A stretch of DNA of 64,000 nucleotides from an uncultured Clostridia bacterium (GCA_963559065.1 CAUWIY010000005.1:17679-81678); one strand, 5' to 3'. Positions 1-9,915 are shown, numbered from the stretch's first letter. Notes: generated by a model not told the origin, from the letters alone. Translations and numbers: made by a program.

Positions 1-40
1 ATGGCGATGAGCGAGCAAAGCGAGCGAAAGGAGAACCTTT

Positions 41-625
41 ATGATAGTAAATAATCCAAAATTTGAAATATCAGCAGTAAAACCTGCCCAATATCCCAAA
101 AACAACTTACCAGAAATTGTATTAGTTGGAAAATCAAATGTCGGCAAATCAAGTTTTATAAACACTATGATTAACAGAAAAAAATTAGCAAGAACTAGTA
201 GCGAACCAGGAAAAACTAGACAAATTAACTTTTATAATATTGATGAAAAATTTTATTTTGTTGACTTACCAGGATATGGTTTTAGCAAAATGTCTAAAAA
301 AGAACAAGAACAAGTAGGAAAATTTATTGAAGAGTACTTATTTCATCGTGAACAAATTTCTTTAATAATCTTTTTAGTTGACATCCGCCATAAACCTACT
401 GAAAATGACAAACTTATGTATGATTATATTATTCGTTCTGGTCTACCTTGCATAATTTTAACTAATAAAGCAGATAAAATAGCTATCACAAAGGTAGAAA
501 ATGCCACAAAAGAAATTCAAAAAGCATTAAATCCAATTGGAGATATTCCTACTTTTGCATTTTCATCTGAAAGAAAAATTTATACTGATAACATTTGGAA
601 TAAAATTACAGAATATATAAGCTAA
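41..625 (+). CDS. engB: Ribosome-biogenesis GTP-binding protein EngB/YsxC
   Basis: 194-aa ORF with a P-loop (GKSNVGKSS), a G3 motif (DLPGYG) and a G4 motif (TNKADK). Length is typical of YsxC. Confidence 0.9.
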   Translation: MIVNNPKFEISAVKPAQYPKNNLPEIVLVGKSNVGKSSFINTMINRKKLARTSSEPGKTRQINFYNIDEKFYFVDLPGYGFSKMSKKEQEQVGKFIEEYLFHREQISLIIFLVDIRHKPTENDKLMYDYIIRSGLPCIILTNKADKIAITKVENATKEIQKALNPIGDIPTFAFSSERKIYTDNIWNKITEYIS

Positions 626-626
626 A

Positions 627-665
627 ATGAACCCAAAAAATACTCAATTTTTTGGGTTCATTTTA
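627..665. terminator. Bidirectional intrinsic terminator between engB and the convergent small gene
   Basis: A perfect 13-bp stem (TGAACCCAAAAAA / TTTTTTGGGTTCA) with a 5-nt loop, flanked by A and T runs. Confidence 0.7.
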
Positions 666-696
666 ATTTAATAATCTATTTTGTTTCCACTATAAT

Positions 697-966
697 CTAG
701 CAACATTTACATTTACATTTTTTATTTTTCTTTTTATTACACAATAATAATATTATTGATAATACTAAAAGTAAGCCTAAAACAACTGCTAGTACTATAA
801 TTGCAGCAATAGCTTCAAGTATTACAGGGAATATAGCTGCACCTAATAATAAACCTATAACAAAAGAAAAAGCTAGCGCTAATATAATTGTTACAATCCA
901 TAAACATTTTTTATTGCTACAATTATCTTCTTTTTTATCATAACAAAAAACTTCTTGTGGCTCCAT
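697..966 (-). CDS. Small membrane protein with a Cys/Lys-rich C-terminal tail
   Basis: The ATG (MEPQEV...) is preceded by GGAGGTGA, and the track start at 981 lies inside that RBS. There is one long hydrophobic stretch. The tail reads CNKKKNKKCKCKCC. Confidence 0.5.
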   Translation of the reverse strand: MEPQEVFCYDKKEDNCSNKKCLWIVTIILALAFSFVIGLLLGAAIFPVILEAIAAIIVLAVVLGLLLVLSIILLLCNKKKNKKCKCKCC

Positions 967-1054
967 AAAAGTCACCTCCAATATAACATTTTTACTAATG
1001 TTATATTATATATTATGTAACTTCTTGTAAAAAATTGTCACTTTTTTAAAATTA

Positions 1055-1240
1055 TCAATCATTTATTTCAATTTTTTTAGTTATAATTTTCAACGCTTTT
1101 TCTCTAGGAAGAACAATAATGTGATTACAACCTCTACACTTTAATTTAAAATCGACTCCAACTCGAGTTATTTCCCATAATTTACTACCACAAGGATGTT
1201 GCTTTTTAGTTCTAACAATGTCACCAATATTATACTCCAT
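1055..1240 (-). CDS. DUF951 (YyzM-like) small protein
   Basis: MEYNIGDIVRTKKQHPCGS...KCRGCNH matches the DUF951 pattern (GDIV..KK.HPCG...W.I.R.G.D...KC.GC.H). The start is taken at the internal ATG. Confidence 0.75.
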   Translation of the reverse strand: MEYNIGDIVRTKKQHPCGSKLWEITRVGVDFKLKCRGCNHIIVLPREKALKIITKKIEIND

Positions 1241-1330
1241 CTTTCTTCTCCTTCGAAACAAAATTTACTATTCTCTTTACAATAAAATAAATTTGTTTCT
1301 TTCTAATTATATGTTTTAAAGAAATTAGTT

Positions 1331-2983
1331 CTAGTCAACTTGTTTTAAACGAGTTTCAACACTATTTTTTCCCAAAACTTGCATAATTTCATACATATCT
1401 GGTGTATTTGTTCTTTTAGTCAATGCAACTCTTATTACTGTACTTACATCTCCAACATGTGCAGAATAAGCTTCTGGATTTGCTTTAAACTCTTTTACTT
1501 CTTTTGCATATCCCATTTCTCCAGCCAATTCTTTTATTTTATTAAACCATTCTTGTTTATCATCATTTTCATCATAATATTTTTCTATATATAAATCTAA
1601 AATTTTCTTAATTGTCTGTTTATCATTTATAACTTGATATGGATATTCGCTTTTATCTTTTGCAAATTCCTCATCATACATATAAGAAATGTTTTCTTTC
1701 ACATCTGACCATTTTGATATATCTTTTCTTGGTTTTTTGTTTCCTCTTTCTATTCCAAATACTTTTAAAGCATATTCTTTATTTTCTAATAGTTTTTCTA
1801 AGTCTTCATCGTATTTTTTAGCCCACAACATAGAAAAATTATATACTTCTTCAGCCGTCATTTTTGAGATAACTGTTTTTGATACATCTAATAATTTCAC
1901 CATATCAAATAATGCTCCACTTACACTCATCTTATTTAATTGTAACTCAAATTCATCCATAGATTTATCTGGATTTGCTCTTCTCCAATTTTCAAAAGTA
2001 GAATTTGCAATATTAAGCAAATATTCTTTAACAGCTTGTGCTGGTATTCCTTCTTCCGCATAATAGCTTACTGCCGCTTCTGGGTCTTTTCTTTTACTTA
2101 ATTTTCTTTTATTACCATTATCATTTTTCATAATAGGTGCAATATGTGCATATTTAGGTGCTTTAAAGCCCAACTCATGGAACAACTGCAAATGTAAAGG
2201 AACTGATGACAACCATTCATCTCCTCTTATTACATGTGTTGTTCTCATCAAATGATCATCAATTGCATGTGCAAAATGATATGTAGGAAGTCCATCTGCT
2301 TTTATTATAACTATATCTTGGTCATTCTCTGGAAAATCTACATTTCCTTTTATTACATCATGATGTTTTATTTTTCTGTCTTCTCTTCCTGGTGATTTAA
2401 ATCTAATAATATATTTTTCGCCATTTTTTATTCTTTCTATAGCCTCTTCAACAGTAACATTTCTGCACTTTGCCCATACTCCATAATAACCAGGTCTTAT
2501 TTTAGCAGCTTCTTGTTTTGCTCTTATTTCCTCAACTTCCTCAGGAGTACAAAAACATGGATATGCTTTTCCCTGTTCTAATAAATATTTTGCATATGAT
2601 TGATATATATCTTTTCTTTGACTTTGTTTATATGGTCCATAATTTCCTTTACCTTCGTTTTCAGAAATCATACCTTCATCTGGCTCAAACCCAAAATCAC
2701 TTAAAGAATTAACTATACCAACAATTCCATTTTCAACTTCTCTTTTTTGATCAGTATCCTCTATTCTTAAAAAGAACACACCACCTGTCTGAGTAGCCAA
2801 CTTTCTAGCTATCAAACCTTGGTATAAACCACCAACATGAACAAATCCAGTTGGGCTTGGAGCAAATCTAGTCACAATTGCCCCTTCTGGTAAATTTCTC
2901 TCAGGATATTTCTCTTCATAATAAGAAATATCCTTTGCATCTGGGAATATTAAATTTGCTAAATCTTTATAATCCATTTCCAT
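1331..2983 (-). CDS. gltX: Glutamate--tRNA ligase
   Basis: 550-aa ORF with a class I HIGH-type motif (PSPTGFVHVGG) and a KMSKS-type motif (KLSKRK). The start may be the second ATG at 2977. Confidence 0.85.
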   Translation of the reverse strand: MEMDYKDLANLIFPDAKDISYYEEKYPERNLPEGAIVTRFAPSPTGFVHVGGLYQGLIARKLATQTGGVFFLRIEDTDQKREVENGIVGIVNSLSDFGFEPDEGMISENEGKGNYGPYKQSQRKDIYQSYAKYLLEQGKAYPCFCTPEEVEEIRAKQEAAKIRPGYYGVWAKCRNVTVEEAIERIKNGEKYIIRFKSPGREDRKIKHHDVIKGNVDFPENDQDIVIIKADGLPTYHFAHAIDDHLMRTTHVIRGDEWLSSVPLHLQLFHELGFKAPKYAHIAPIMKNDNGNKRKLSKRKDPEAAVSYYAEEGIPAQAVKEYLLNIANSTFENWRRANPDKSMDEFELQLNKMSVSGALFDMVKLLDVSKTVISKMTAEEVYNFSMLWAKKYDEDLEKLLENKEYALKVFGIERGNKKPRKDISKWSDVKENISYMYDEEFAKDKSEYPYQVINDKQTIKKILDLYIEKYYDENDDKQEWFNKIKELAGEMGYAKEVKEFKANPEAYSAHVGDVSTVIRVALTKRTNTPDMYEIMQVLGKNSVETRLKQVD

Positions 2984-3133
2984 CTCTCCTTTGAACCAAT
3001 AGGAACGTTGTTTGGCTGTTTAAACATCCCCTAATTGATTACAACTCTTCTTTTTTAATTTTTCTTATTCCATACCTTACTTTATTAAAAGTTTTTGTCA
3101 ATTTTATTTTTGTACCAAATTTATTATATAGCT

Positions 3134-5242
3134 TTACACTTCCATAATAATTGGTATAATCATAGGATTTCTTTTTGTTTTTGAGAAAATGTAGTCTCTT
3201 AAGTTTTCTCTAACTGTTGATTTTATTGTTGACCAGTCACGAATTCCTCTTTCTTCACATTTTCTAATTTCTTGTCTTACTACACTTTTTACATCATCCA
3301 TTAAGTTTTCTGATTCTCTAACATATACAAATCCCCTAGAAATAACATCTGGACCTGCTACTACTTCTCCTGTTGATGAATCCATTGTTAATACAATTAC
3401 AATTAATCCGTCTTGTGATAAATGTTGTCTATCTCTTAAAACAATATTTCCAACATCTCCAACTCCTAACCCATCAACTAAAACTCTTCCATTTGGAACC
3501 ATTCCATTGAATTTAACTTCATTTTCATCTAATTCTAATACTTTTCCATTTTCCATCATAACTATATTTTTTGCAGGAACACCCATCATTTGAGCTGTTT
3601 CTCCATGCGCTTTTAATTGTCTATATTCCCCATGAACTGGTATAAAGAATTTTGGTTTTGCTAGTGCAAAAATCAACTTTTGTTCCTCTTGGCAAGCATG
3701 TCCAGAAACATGAACATCTGCTAACGCACTATATACAACCTCAGCACCTATTTGCATTAAATCATCAATTACTTTTGATACTGATTTTTCATTTCCAGGT
3801 ATTGGATTAGCTGATATTATAACTAAATCATTTGGTGTTATTTTAACTTTTCTATGGTCTCCAGCTGCCATTCTTGTTAGTGCTGACATTGTTTCTCCTT
3901 GGCTACCAGTAGTTATAATAACTAATTGCTCATCATTATAATTTGACATTGTATCAATATCAATAAATATATCATCTGGGCAATCTATATATCCTAAGTC
4001 TTTAGCTGTAGTAATCATATTTATCATGCTTCTACCACATATAGCTATTTTTCTTCTATATTTAACAGCAGAACTTACAATTTGTTGTACTCTATGAACA
4101 TTTGATGCAAATGTTGCAACTACTATTCTTTTTGTACAACCTTCAAATAAGTCATCAAATACAGGTCCTATTGAACTTTCTGACATTGTAAAACCTTTTC
4201 TTTCTGCATTTGTACTATCTGACATTAAAGCTAATATTCCTTCTTTTCCTAATTCTGCAATTCTACCAAAATCCATTATTTTACCATCAATTGGAGTATA
4301 ATCCACTTTAAAATCTCCTGTGTGTAAAACTGTTCCAATTGGTGTTTTTATTGCAAGCATTACAGAATCTGGAATACTATGTGTGCTTCTAATAAATTCT
4401 ATTTCAAAGTTCTTTCCAAATTTCATTTTTTGACCTTGTGTTATTTCAATTAATGTTGAACTTCTTAAAAGTCTATGCTCTTCTAATTTATTTTTTATTA
4501 ATCCCATTGCAAGCTTTGGTGCATAAACTGGAATATTAATTTGTTTTAACACATATGGCACACTTCCTATATGGTCTTCATGTCCGTGTGTAATGATCAA
4601 TCCTCTAATTTTATCTACATTTCTTTGTAAATATGTAATATCTGGAATAACCAAATCTACACCTAACATGTCATCTTCTGGGAATGATAAACCACAATCT
4701 ACAACTATTATATCATCTTCATATTCAAAAACAGTTATATTTTTACCAACTTCGTGTAATCCTCCTAAAGGAATTATTTTTAATTTTGGTTTTTTAAATA
4801 TATTTTTTCTTTCTTTTCTGTTATTATTTTGAGTTTCCACCAATGATAATTCAGTATTTCTATACAATTCCATTTCTGTTGTTTCTAACTGTTTGCCTAT
4901 TTTTGATGTTTCTCTTAAATTCTTTCTTGTTCTTGATGTTTTTGATGTTGTATTTTTAAGTTCTTTTGCTTCTTTTAATGTTTCTTTTTTAGTTGTTTTT
5001 CTTGTTCCTCTTGTATTATTTTTTTCTTTTACATCTTTTTTATTGTTATCTCTAATATTTTTTGATTTAAATTCTTTCTCATTTAATTCTTGCTTTTCTA
5101 TTGATTTTTCATCGTTTTGTTCTACTTTTGTTTTTATATTTCTTGTACTTCTGTTATCTTTAGCTATTCTATTATTTGTTCTTGTCTTTCTTACATTTTT
5201 TACTTGTTTTTCATCTTTGTCATTTAAATTTTCTTGTGTCAT
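3134..5242 (-). CDS. rnj: Ribonuclease J with a roughly 150-aa basic low-complexity N-terminal extension
   Basis: The beta-CASP metallo-beta-lactamase core carries IIPLGGLHEVGKN and HGHEDHIG. The 702-aa ORF has an AGAGG RBS before the first ATG. The extension is Lys/Asn/Thr/Glu-rich. Confidence 0.85.
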   Translation of the reverse strand: MTQENLNDKDEKQVKNVRKTRTNNRIAKDNRSTRNIKTKVEQNDEKSIEKQELNEKEFKSKNIRDNNKKDVKEKNNTRGTRKTTKKETLKEAKELKNTTSKTSRTRKNLRETSKIGKQLETTEMELYRNTELSLVETQNNNRKERKNIFKKPKLKIIPLGGLHEVGKNITVFEYEDDIIVVDCGLSFPEDDMLGVDLVIPDITYLQRNVDKIRGLIITHGHEDHIGSVPYVLKQINIPVYAPKLAMGLIKNKLEEHRLLRSSTLIEITQGQKMKFGKNFEIEFIRSTHSIPDSVMLAIKTPIGTVLHTGDFKVDYTPIDGKIMDFGRIAELGKEGILALMSDSTNAERKGFTMSESSIGPVFDDLFEGCTKRIVVATFASNVHRVQQIVSSAVKYRRKIAICGRSMINMITTAKDLGYIDCPDDIFIDIDTMSNYNDEQLVIITTGSQGETMSALTRMAAGDHRKVKITPNDLVIISANPIPGNEKSVSKVIDDLMQIGAEVVYSALADVHVSGHACQEEQKLIFALAKPKFFIPVHGEYRQLKAHGETAQMMGVPAKNIVMMENGKVLELDENEVKFNGMVPNGRVLVDGLGVGDVGNIVLRDRQHLSQDGLIVIVLTMDSSTGEVVAGPDVISRGFVYVRESENLMDDVKSVVRQEIRKCEERGIRDWSTIKSTVRENLRDYIFSKTKRNPMIIPIIMEV

Positions 5243-5647
5243 TATATTTCCTCTCTTTCTTATTTAATTTTATCTTAACTTTTGATTTTAAATTTTCTTT
5301 TTCTAAAATCAATTATTCAATTTTAATAAATCCCTTTCGTTTAAAACCATATCAACAACTGATTGTTAATTATTAAAAATTAGCAACCATATATAATATT
5401 TCTCATTTATTTAGTTTTTAATCCGTTCTCTTTCTTATTTTTGTTATATTAAACTTATTTAGGTTTTATAAAATCTCATTTTTGTGCCCTCTTGGCAACA
5501 TCTTTTGTATTATACTATAATTTCTATAAATTGTCAAACTATTCCATGTACGATAAAAAATTACCAAAAGCCAAAACTCTTGGTAATTCTATTTAATATT
5601 TAATATTTAAACATATATTTAATTATCTTGCTGTATCATTTTAATTC

Positions 5648-7339
5648 TTAATCTTTTCCTAATACATATGGGCTTACATCTGTTCCTTCTCCACTTTCTA
5701 TATAAACATCATCTGCCATAGTAATAATTGGTCTAAGTCCAGCTATTCCTGAATGTCCTCCTATCAAAGTAATTTGACCACTTTTATTCACAAATATCAG
5801 CTCATTTATTCTATATGATGGTGTAGAAGTATAAATCCCCCACCCTATATTTAACATTTCTGGAGTAGCTTCCTGTGCATCTTCATGTGTCATAAAATGT
5901 ACATCTTGTATATAACCTTTAGCTTCTAAAGTTTTATCTCTATAAACATTTAAATTTCTCGGTGCTATTTCTTTTCCATTAGGTAAAAGTTTATATTGGT
6001 CACCATAATTTGCTTTTCCAGTAAATAAATACTCTGCTCTATAACCAGAACTATCCATTGTTCCCCACATTGGCATGTTAAAATATTCTGGTATTCCAGC
6101 ATGAATTAATTTTTGTACATATATTCTATCTGTTCCATCTTTATTTTTTATTGTTTCTCCATTTTTATCTGTTTTTGTTGTCTTTTTTAATATTTGCCAC
6201 CCATCATATTTTATTGTAGCCCCTTGTGGCTTTACACTTTGATTTCTACTTGTTACAAGTTCCGGATTACTTTGAATAATTGTATCTCCTTTATACGTAA
6301 AACCTCCAAATGTAAAATCTGTAGTACCTTTAGCAGAATACTGATTGTTATCCATTAATTGTTTAAGTTCTGATTCAGTCCAATCACCCGCATCATATTT
6401 AACAACTCCTTTTGGAGCTTGATATTTATTAACAGCTATTTCTATTTCCTTTGTATATGTCTTTCCTTTATATAGTCCTTTTACTGTAAAAATATATTTT
6501 CCATTTTGTGTTACTTCATATGGCAATGTCTTACTTTCATCATTTTTTAATGTTACTGTGCAGTCTGTTCCTACTATTGTTGCTCTAAAATTTATATATA
6601 ATGTTGTTCCCTTTGTTTGTGAATTATCTGCTACTGAATTATTTGCATTTGTTTCTGTTGTGCTTGTTCCTATATATGCTTCTGTTACTTCTATTTCTGG
6701 TTCTATTAATATTGTTTCCTCTCTTGATGTTCCATCTTCTGCTATTATCTTAAATTTATATTCAGTTCCTATTTTTACAGTGTATTCTATTTCTTTTTCT
6801 TCTTTTATCCCATTGCAATTTAATGCGCTTCCATCTGGTAATTCTACTCTATTTATTCCACTTATTTTTTCTTGTACTTTTATTAGTATTTTTACATCTT
6901 CTCCATCTTTTGATGTTGTTTCATATGAGAATAGTATGTTTGTTTTATTTTCCATTTCTATTATATTTAGGTTTCCATCTATCAAAAATGTTTTTGTTAT
7001 TCCTGATTTTTCCATTGTTATTGTTTTTCCACTTGGCTTTGTACTAATTCCTACAATTGGTTTATATTGCGCTAATTTATCATTTGCCCATTCTTGTGTT
7101 ATATTATCTAATGTTGCTTCTGCTAATTTCTCTGCTTGCAAGTCTTGCAATGCCATGATTAAAGCTTCTTTCATTTCTGCTCCTATGTATGATTTTTTTG
7201 ATTCTTTTGTTCTTGCAAATAATCCATTTTCTCCTGTTAATGTCGCTATCGTTATTCCTGCTAAAATGAGCAAAACTATTATTGTTATTACTAGTGCAAT
7301 TAGTGTTATGCCTTTTTCATTTGTTTTTATAATCTTCAT
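5648..7339 (-). CDS. Pilin-like (prepilin-type N-terminus) secreted or surface protein, paralog 1
   Basis: The N-terminus reads MKIIKTNEKG-ITLIALVITIIVLLILAGITIATLTGENGLFA. This is a class III signal-like G/hydrophobic helix with Ala in place of the canonical Glu at +5. A large beta-rich ectodomain follows. Confidence 0.6.
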   Translation of the reverse strand: MKIIKTNEKGITLIALVITIIVLLILAGITIATLTGENGLFARTKESKKSYIGAEMKEALIMALQDLQAEKLAEATLDNITQEWANDKLAQYKPIVGISTKPSGKTITMEKSGITKTFLIDGNLNIIEMENKTNILFSYETTSKDGEDVKILIKVQEKISGINRVELPDGSALNCNGIKEEKEIEYTVKIGTEYKFKIIAEDGTSREETILIEPEIEVTEAYIGTSTTETNANNSVADNSQTKGTTLYINFRATIVGTDCTVTLKNDESKTLPYEVTQNGKYIFTVKGLYKGKTYTKEIEIAVNKYQAPKGVVKYDAGDWTESELKQLMDNNQYSAKGTTDFTFGGFTYKGDTIIQSNPELVTSRNQSVKPQGATIKYDGWQILKKTTKTDKNGETIKNKDGTDRIYVQKLIHAGIPEYFNMPMWGTMDSSGYRAEYLFTGKANYGDQYKLLPNGKEIAPRNLNVYRDKTLEAKGYIQDVHFMTHEDAQEATPEMLNIGWGIYTSTPSYRINELIFVNKSGQITLIGGHSGIAGLRPIITMADDVYIESGEGTDVSPYVLGKD

Positions 7340-7388
7340 CTTTATCTTCTATCCTTTCTTTTCTAGCTATTTTTTAACTGTTTTCATT

Positions 7389-9689
7389 TTAAAGTCCAGC
7401 ACCGCATACTACTACTCCGCGACTACAATAGTTGTAAGCTGCACCGTCATTGCCTACCGAGAAGATACCTCCATCGCCACGTGGAAAACCGTAGTTACCA
7501 TCGTAAAGCCAACTAGAGTAAGATGCTTGGTGCCATCCGGCACATCCCGGGTTCGAAGCCGTTGCCGTTCCTAGTGCATCTCCTACTTTTGCTGATGTAT
7601 TACTTGTTGTATATATATCTAAATATTTCTTGTTTACTCCTGATATAAAGCTACTTCCTCCTCCTGCTGTCCATTCATAGTATGACGTATTTAGCATTAC
7701 TCCCGTTTCATTTCCAGTTGTTGTGGTTATTGATTGTTCATTACTTGGATTTCCATACTCTGAAGCTGATAATATTGCCATTGCTCCATATTCTGTTGTT
7801 TTTATCATGTGTACATCTATCCCATTACTTCTACTTGATGGTGTTAGGTCTGAATTAAATGTTTCATTTAGTCCCATTGTTCCTCCTGCTGACTCCATTT
7901 TTCTAATGTTTGTTATCCAATTTGTTGCACTATCTATTTTTGTATATTGTGTGTTTGGATTTGCTTGGAATTTGCCATTTTGTTCTCCAATTGTGTATTT
8001 AGTTATCCAGAATCCTGGTAGTTGTTCTCCTTGGTCTTCTTTTCCATTTGAGTTTTTGTCCCACCAAAACGCTTCTGGTACTTGGTATCCTTGTTCTTTT
8101 AGTCCTCCTGCACTTGCCCATTCTGTTTTATTTCCTGATGAGTTTTTATAGCTATTATCTACATCTATGAATTTTACTTCACTTCTTTGCGTACTTTGAT
8201 TTAGCTTAAAGCAGTATCTTGGTATCCATACATAATATGTTTCTGTATTGTTGTTGTCTACATATACATTTGCCCAATTTCTATTTTTATAATTATTCCA
8301 ATTTTCTGGCGCTCTATATTCAAGACTTTTTCCTTTTTCCAATGTTCCATTATTTCCTAATGATAGATATTTTGTGTTGTTTATCTTAAATCCTTGGTCT
8401 AGTTTTGGTGTACATACATATATTCCATTTACTAGTTCATAGCTTCCATCGCTTATTTTTATTATTGTTGTCTTTTGGCTTGCACTTATATTTCCTACCT
8501 GGTCTTTTACCCATACATAATATGTTGCTCCTTGTGTTTTTCCATCTACTGTTGTTTTTAGTTCTTTTGTGCTTGTACAATTTGTAAAGCTTGCTTGGTC
8601 TGGAGTTGTTGCTGTTGTTGTTACTGCATATCCTATTATTCCACTTCCTTCATCTGTTGCTGTTAAGTCCAAACTGTGTATTGTGGTTGATATTGCTCCT
8701 GTTACTATTGGTTTTGTCTTGTCTATGTTTGTTACACTTCCTGAGGCTGCTCCTCCATAATTTGTTCCATCCCATAGTCTTGCATATATTGTTCCGTTTT
8801 CTGTGAGTGTTTGTGTTGCTGTATTACTCCATGTTTTTCCGTCTTTACTTGTTTGTAGCGTAAATCCACTTACTGTTGTTTTTGCTGTTACTGTTACATT
8901 TCCATTTGTCCATTCTTTTGTACTATATTCAAATGTTGTGTTTCCTGTTGTTAAGTCTGCAACTTTTCCTGTTGTTCTATCTACAAGTAGTTCTGCTGTT
9001 CTTCCATTTTTTGCTACTGCTACTATTTTTATATTGTATTTTTTATTTTGTTCTAAGTTTAAGTATGTATATGTCTCATTTGTTGTTGTTTCTTTTAAAG
9101 TATATTTTTCCTCATCTTCTCCTTTTATGTAATATTCTATTTTTCCGCCTTCATTTCTTTCTGTTTTTACCTTTACTGTTATTGTATTTGTTGTATTTGT
9201 TATACTTTCTAATGTTATTTTTGGTACTAATTCATTTATATTTCCTATGAATTTTGTACCACTCATTTCTACTTTGTATATGTCTCCATCAACTATTACT
9301 TCAAAATATGTGTTTACTTTTTTTGTGTCTTCATTTATTGTTTCATTTAAAACTTCTCCTATTGCAACATCTTTCCCCATTTGTTTTAATTCATTTTGAT
9401 TTTTTATTACATTTTCTCTTGTTGCTATTATTATCTCTTCTGATGTTCTATCTATGTCTGCTGATTGTTCTTCTATTAATTTTAAGTTAAGCCACTCTAT
9501 TATTTGTGAACGTTTTGCTTCTAACTTTGCTTCTTTTGCTCTTGCAAATAATCCATTTTCTCCTGTTAGCGTTGCTATTGTTATTCCTGATAAAATAAGC
9601 AAAATTATTATTGTTATTACTAGTGCAATTAGTGTTATACCTCTATTTTTCATATAAATTACATTTCTAATATTCTTTTGTACATCCAT
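7389..9689 (-). CDS. Pilin-like surface protein, paralog 2, with FN3/Ig-like repeats and a GC-rich C-terminal module
   Basis: The start is taken at MDVQKN, which has AGGAG 9 nt upstream; the track ORF extends to 9764. The N-terminus ...MKNRG-ITLIALVITIIILLILSGITIATLTGENGLFA is near-identical to paralog 1. FN3-like segments are visible (KYNIKIVAVAKNGRTAE). Confidence 0.6.
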   Translation of the reverse strand: MDVQKNIRNVIYMKNRGITLIALVITIIILLILSGITIATLTGENGLFARAKEAKLEAKRSQIIEWLNLKLIEEQSADIDRTSEEIIIATRENVIKNQNELKQMGKDVAIGEVLNETINEDTKKVNTYFEVIVDGDIYKVEMSGTKFIGNINELVPKITLESITNTTNTITVKVKTERNEGGKIEYYIKGEDEEKYTLKETTTNETYTYLNLEQNKKYNIKIVAVAKNGRTAELLVDRTTGKVADLTTGNTTFEYSTKEWTNGNVTVTAKTTVSGFTLQTSKDGKTWSNTATQTLTENGTIYARLWDGTNYGGAASGSVTNIDKTKPIVTGAISTTIHSLDLTATDEGSGIIGYAVTTTATTPDQASFTNCTSTKELKTTVDGKTQGATYYVWVKDQVGNISASQKTTIIKISDGSYELVNGIYVCTPKLDQGFKINNTKYLSLGNNGTLEKGKSLEYRAPENWNNYKNRNWANVYVDNNNTETYYVWIPRYCFKLNQSTQRSEVKFIDVDNSYKNSSGNKTEWASAGGLKEQGYQVPEAFWWDKNSNGKEDQGEQLPGFWITKYTIGEQNGKFQANPNTQYTKIDSATNWITNIRKMESAGGTMGLNETFNSDLTPSSRSNGIDVHMIKTTEYGAMAILSASEYGNPSNEQSITTTTGNETGVMLNTSYYEWTAGGGSSFISGVNKKYLDIYTTSNTSAKVGDALGTATASNPGCAGWHQASYSSWLYDGNYGFPRGDGGIFSVGNDGAAYNYCSRGVVVCGAGL

Positions 9690-9915
9690 TATTTTTTCTC
9701 CTATTCTATTTTCATATAAACTTCTTACATAGTTTTTTATGTATTCATTTGAATTATATATCATCTAAAATCTATTTTCAATACAAAATCATGTTGTAAC
9801 GAAAATATAATTTATTTGTAATAATTTAGTCATAATACATAATTTTTAATGTACAAAGAACTATATTTTTTCTTTTTTGCTACAATATGTTTATCAAATT
9901 AATTAGGAGGTTATA

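Noticed and set aside
1-54. A GC-rich start of the window (ATGGCGATGAGCGAGCAAAGCGAGCGAAAGGAG...) that is open in frame 1 to the TAA at 52-54. It could be the 3' end of an upstream gene overlapping the engB start.
   Set aside because: It is too short and truncated by the window edge to assign. It may equally be only leader or RBS sequence for engB.
6558-7574. Long antisense ORFs in the track, such as 6558-7574 (338 aa), 37420-38037, 43226-43729, 62741-63214 and many 60-125 aa Phe/Leu/Ser/Ile-rich ORFs.
   Set aside because: They lie opposite well-supported genes, have low-complexity composition typical of shadows in AT-rich DNA, and have no RBS or recognisable motifs.
7540-7575. A tRNA-like GGTTCGAAGCC string in the GC-rich 3' end of the pilin-like gene.
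   Set aside because: The flanking sequence cannot form a T stem or the rest of a cloverleaf, so it is coincidental.
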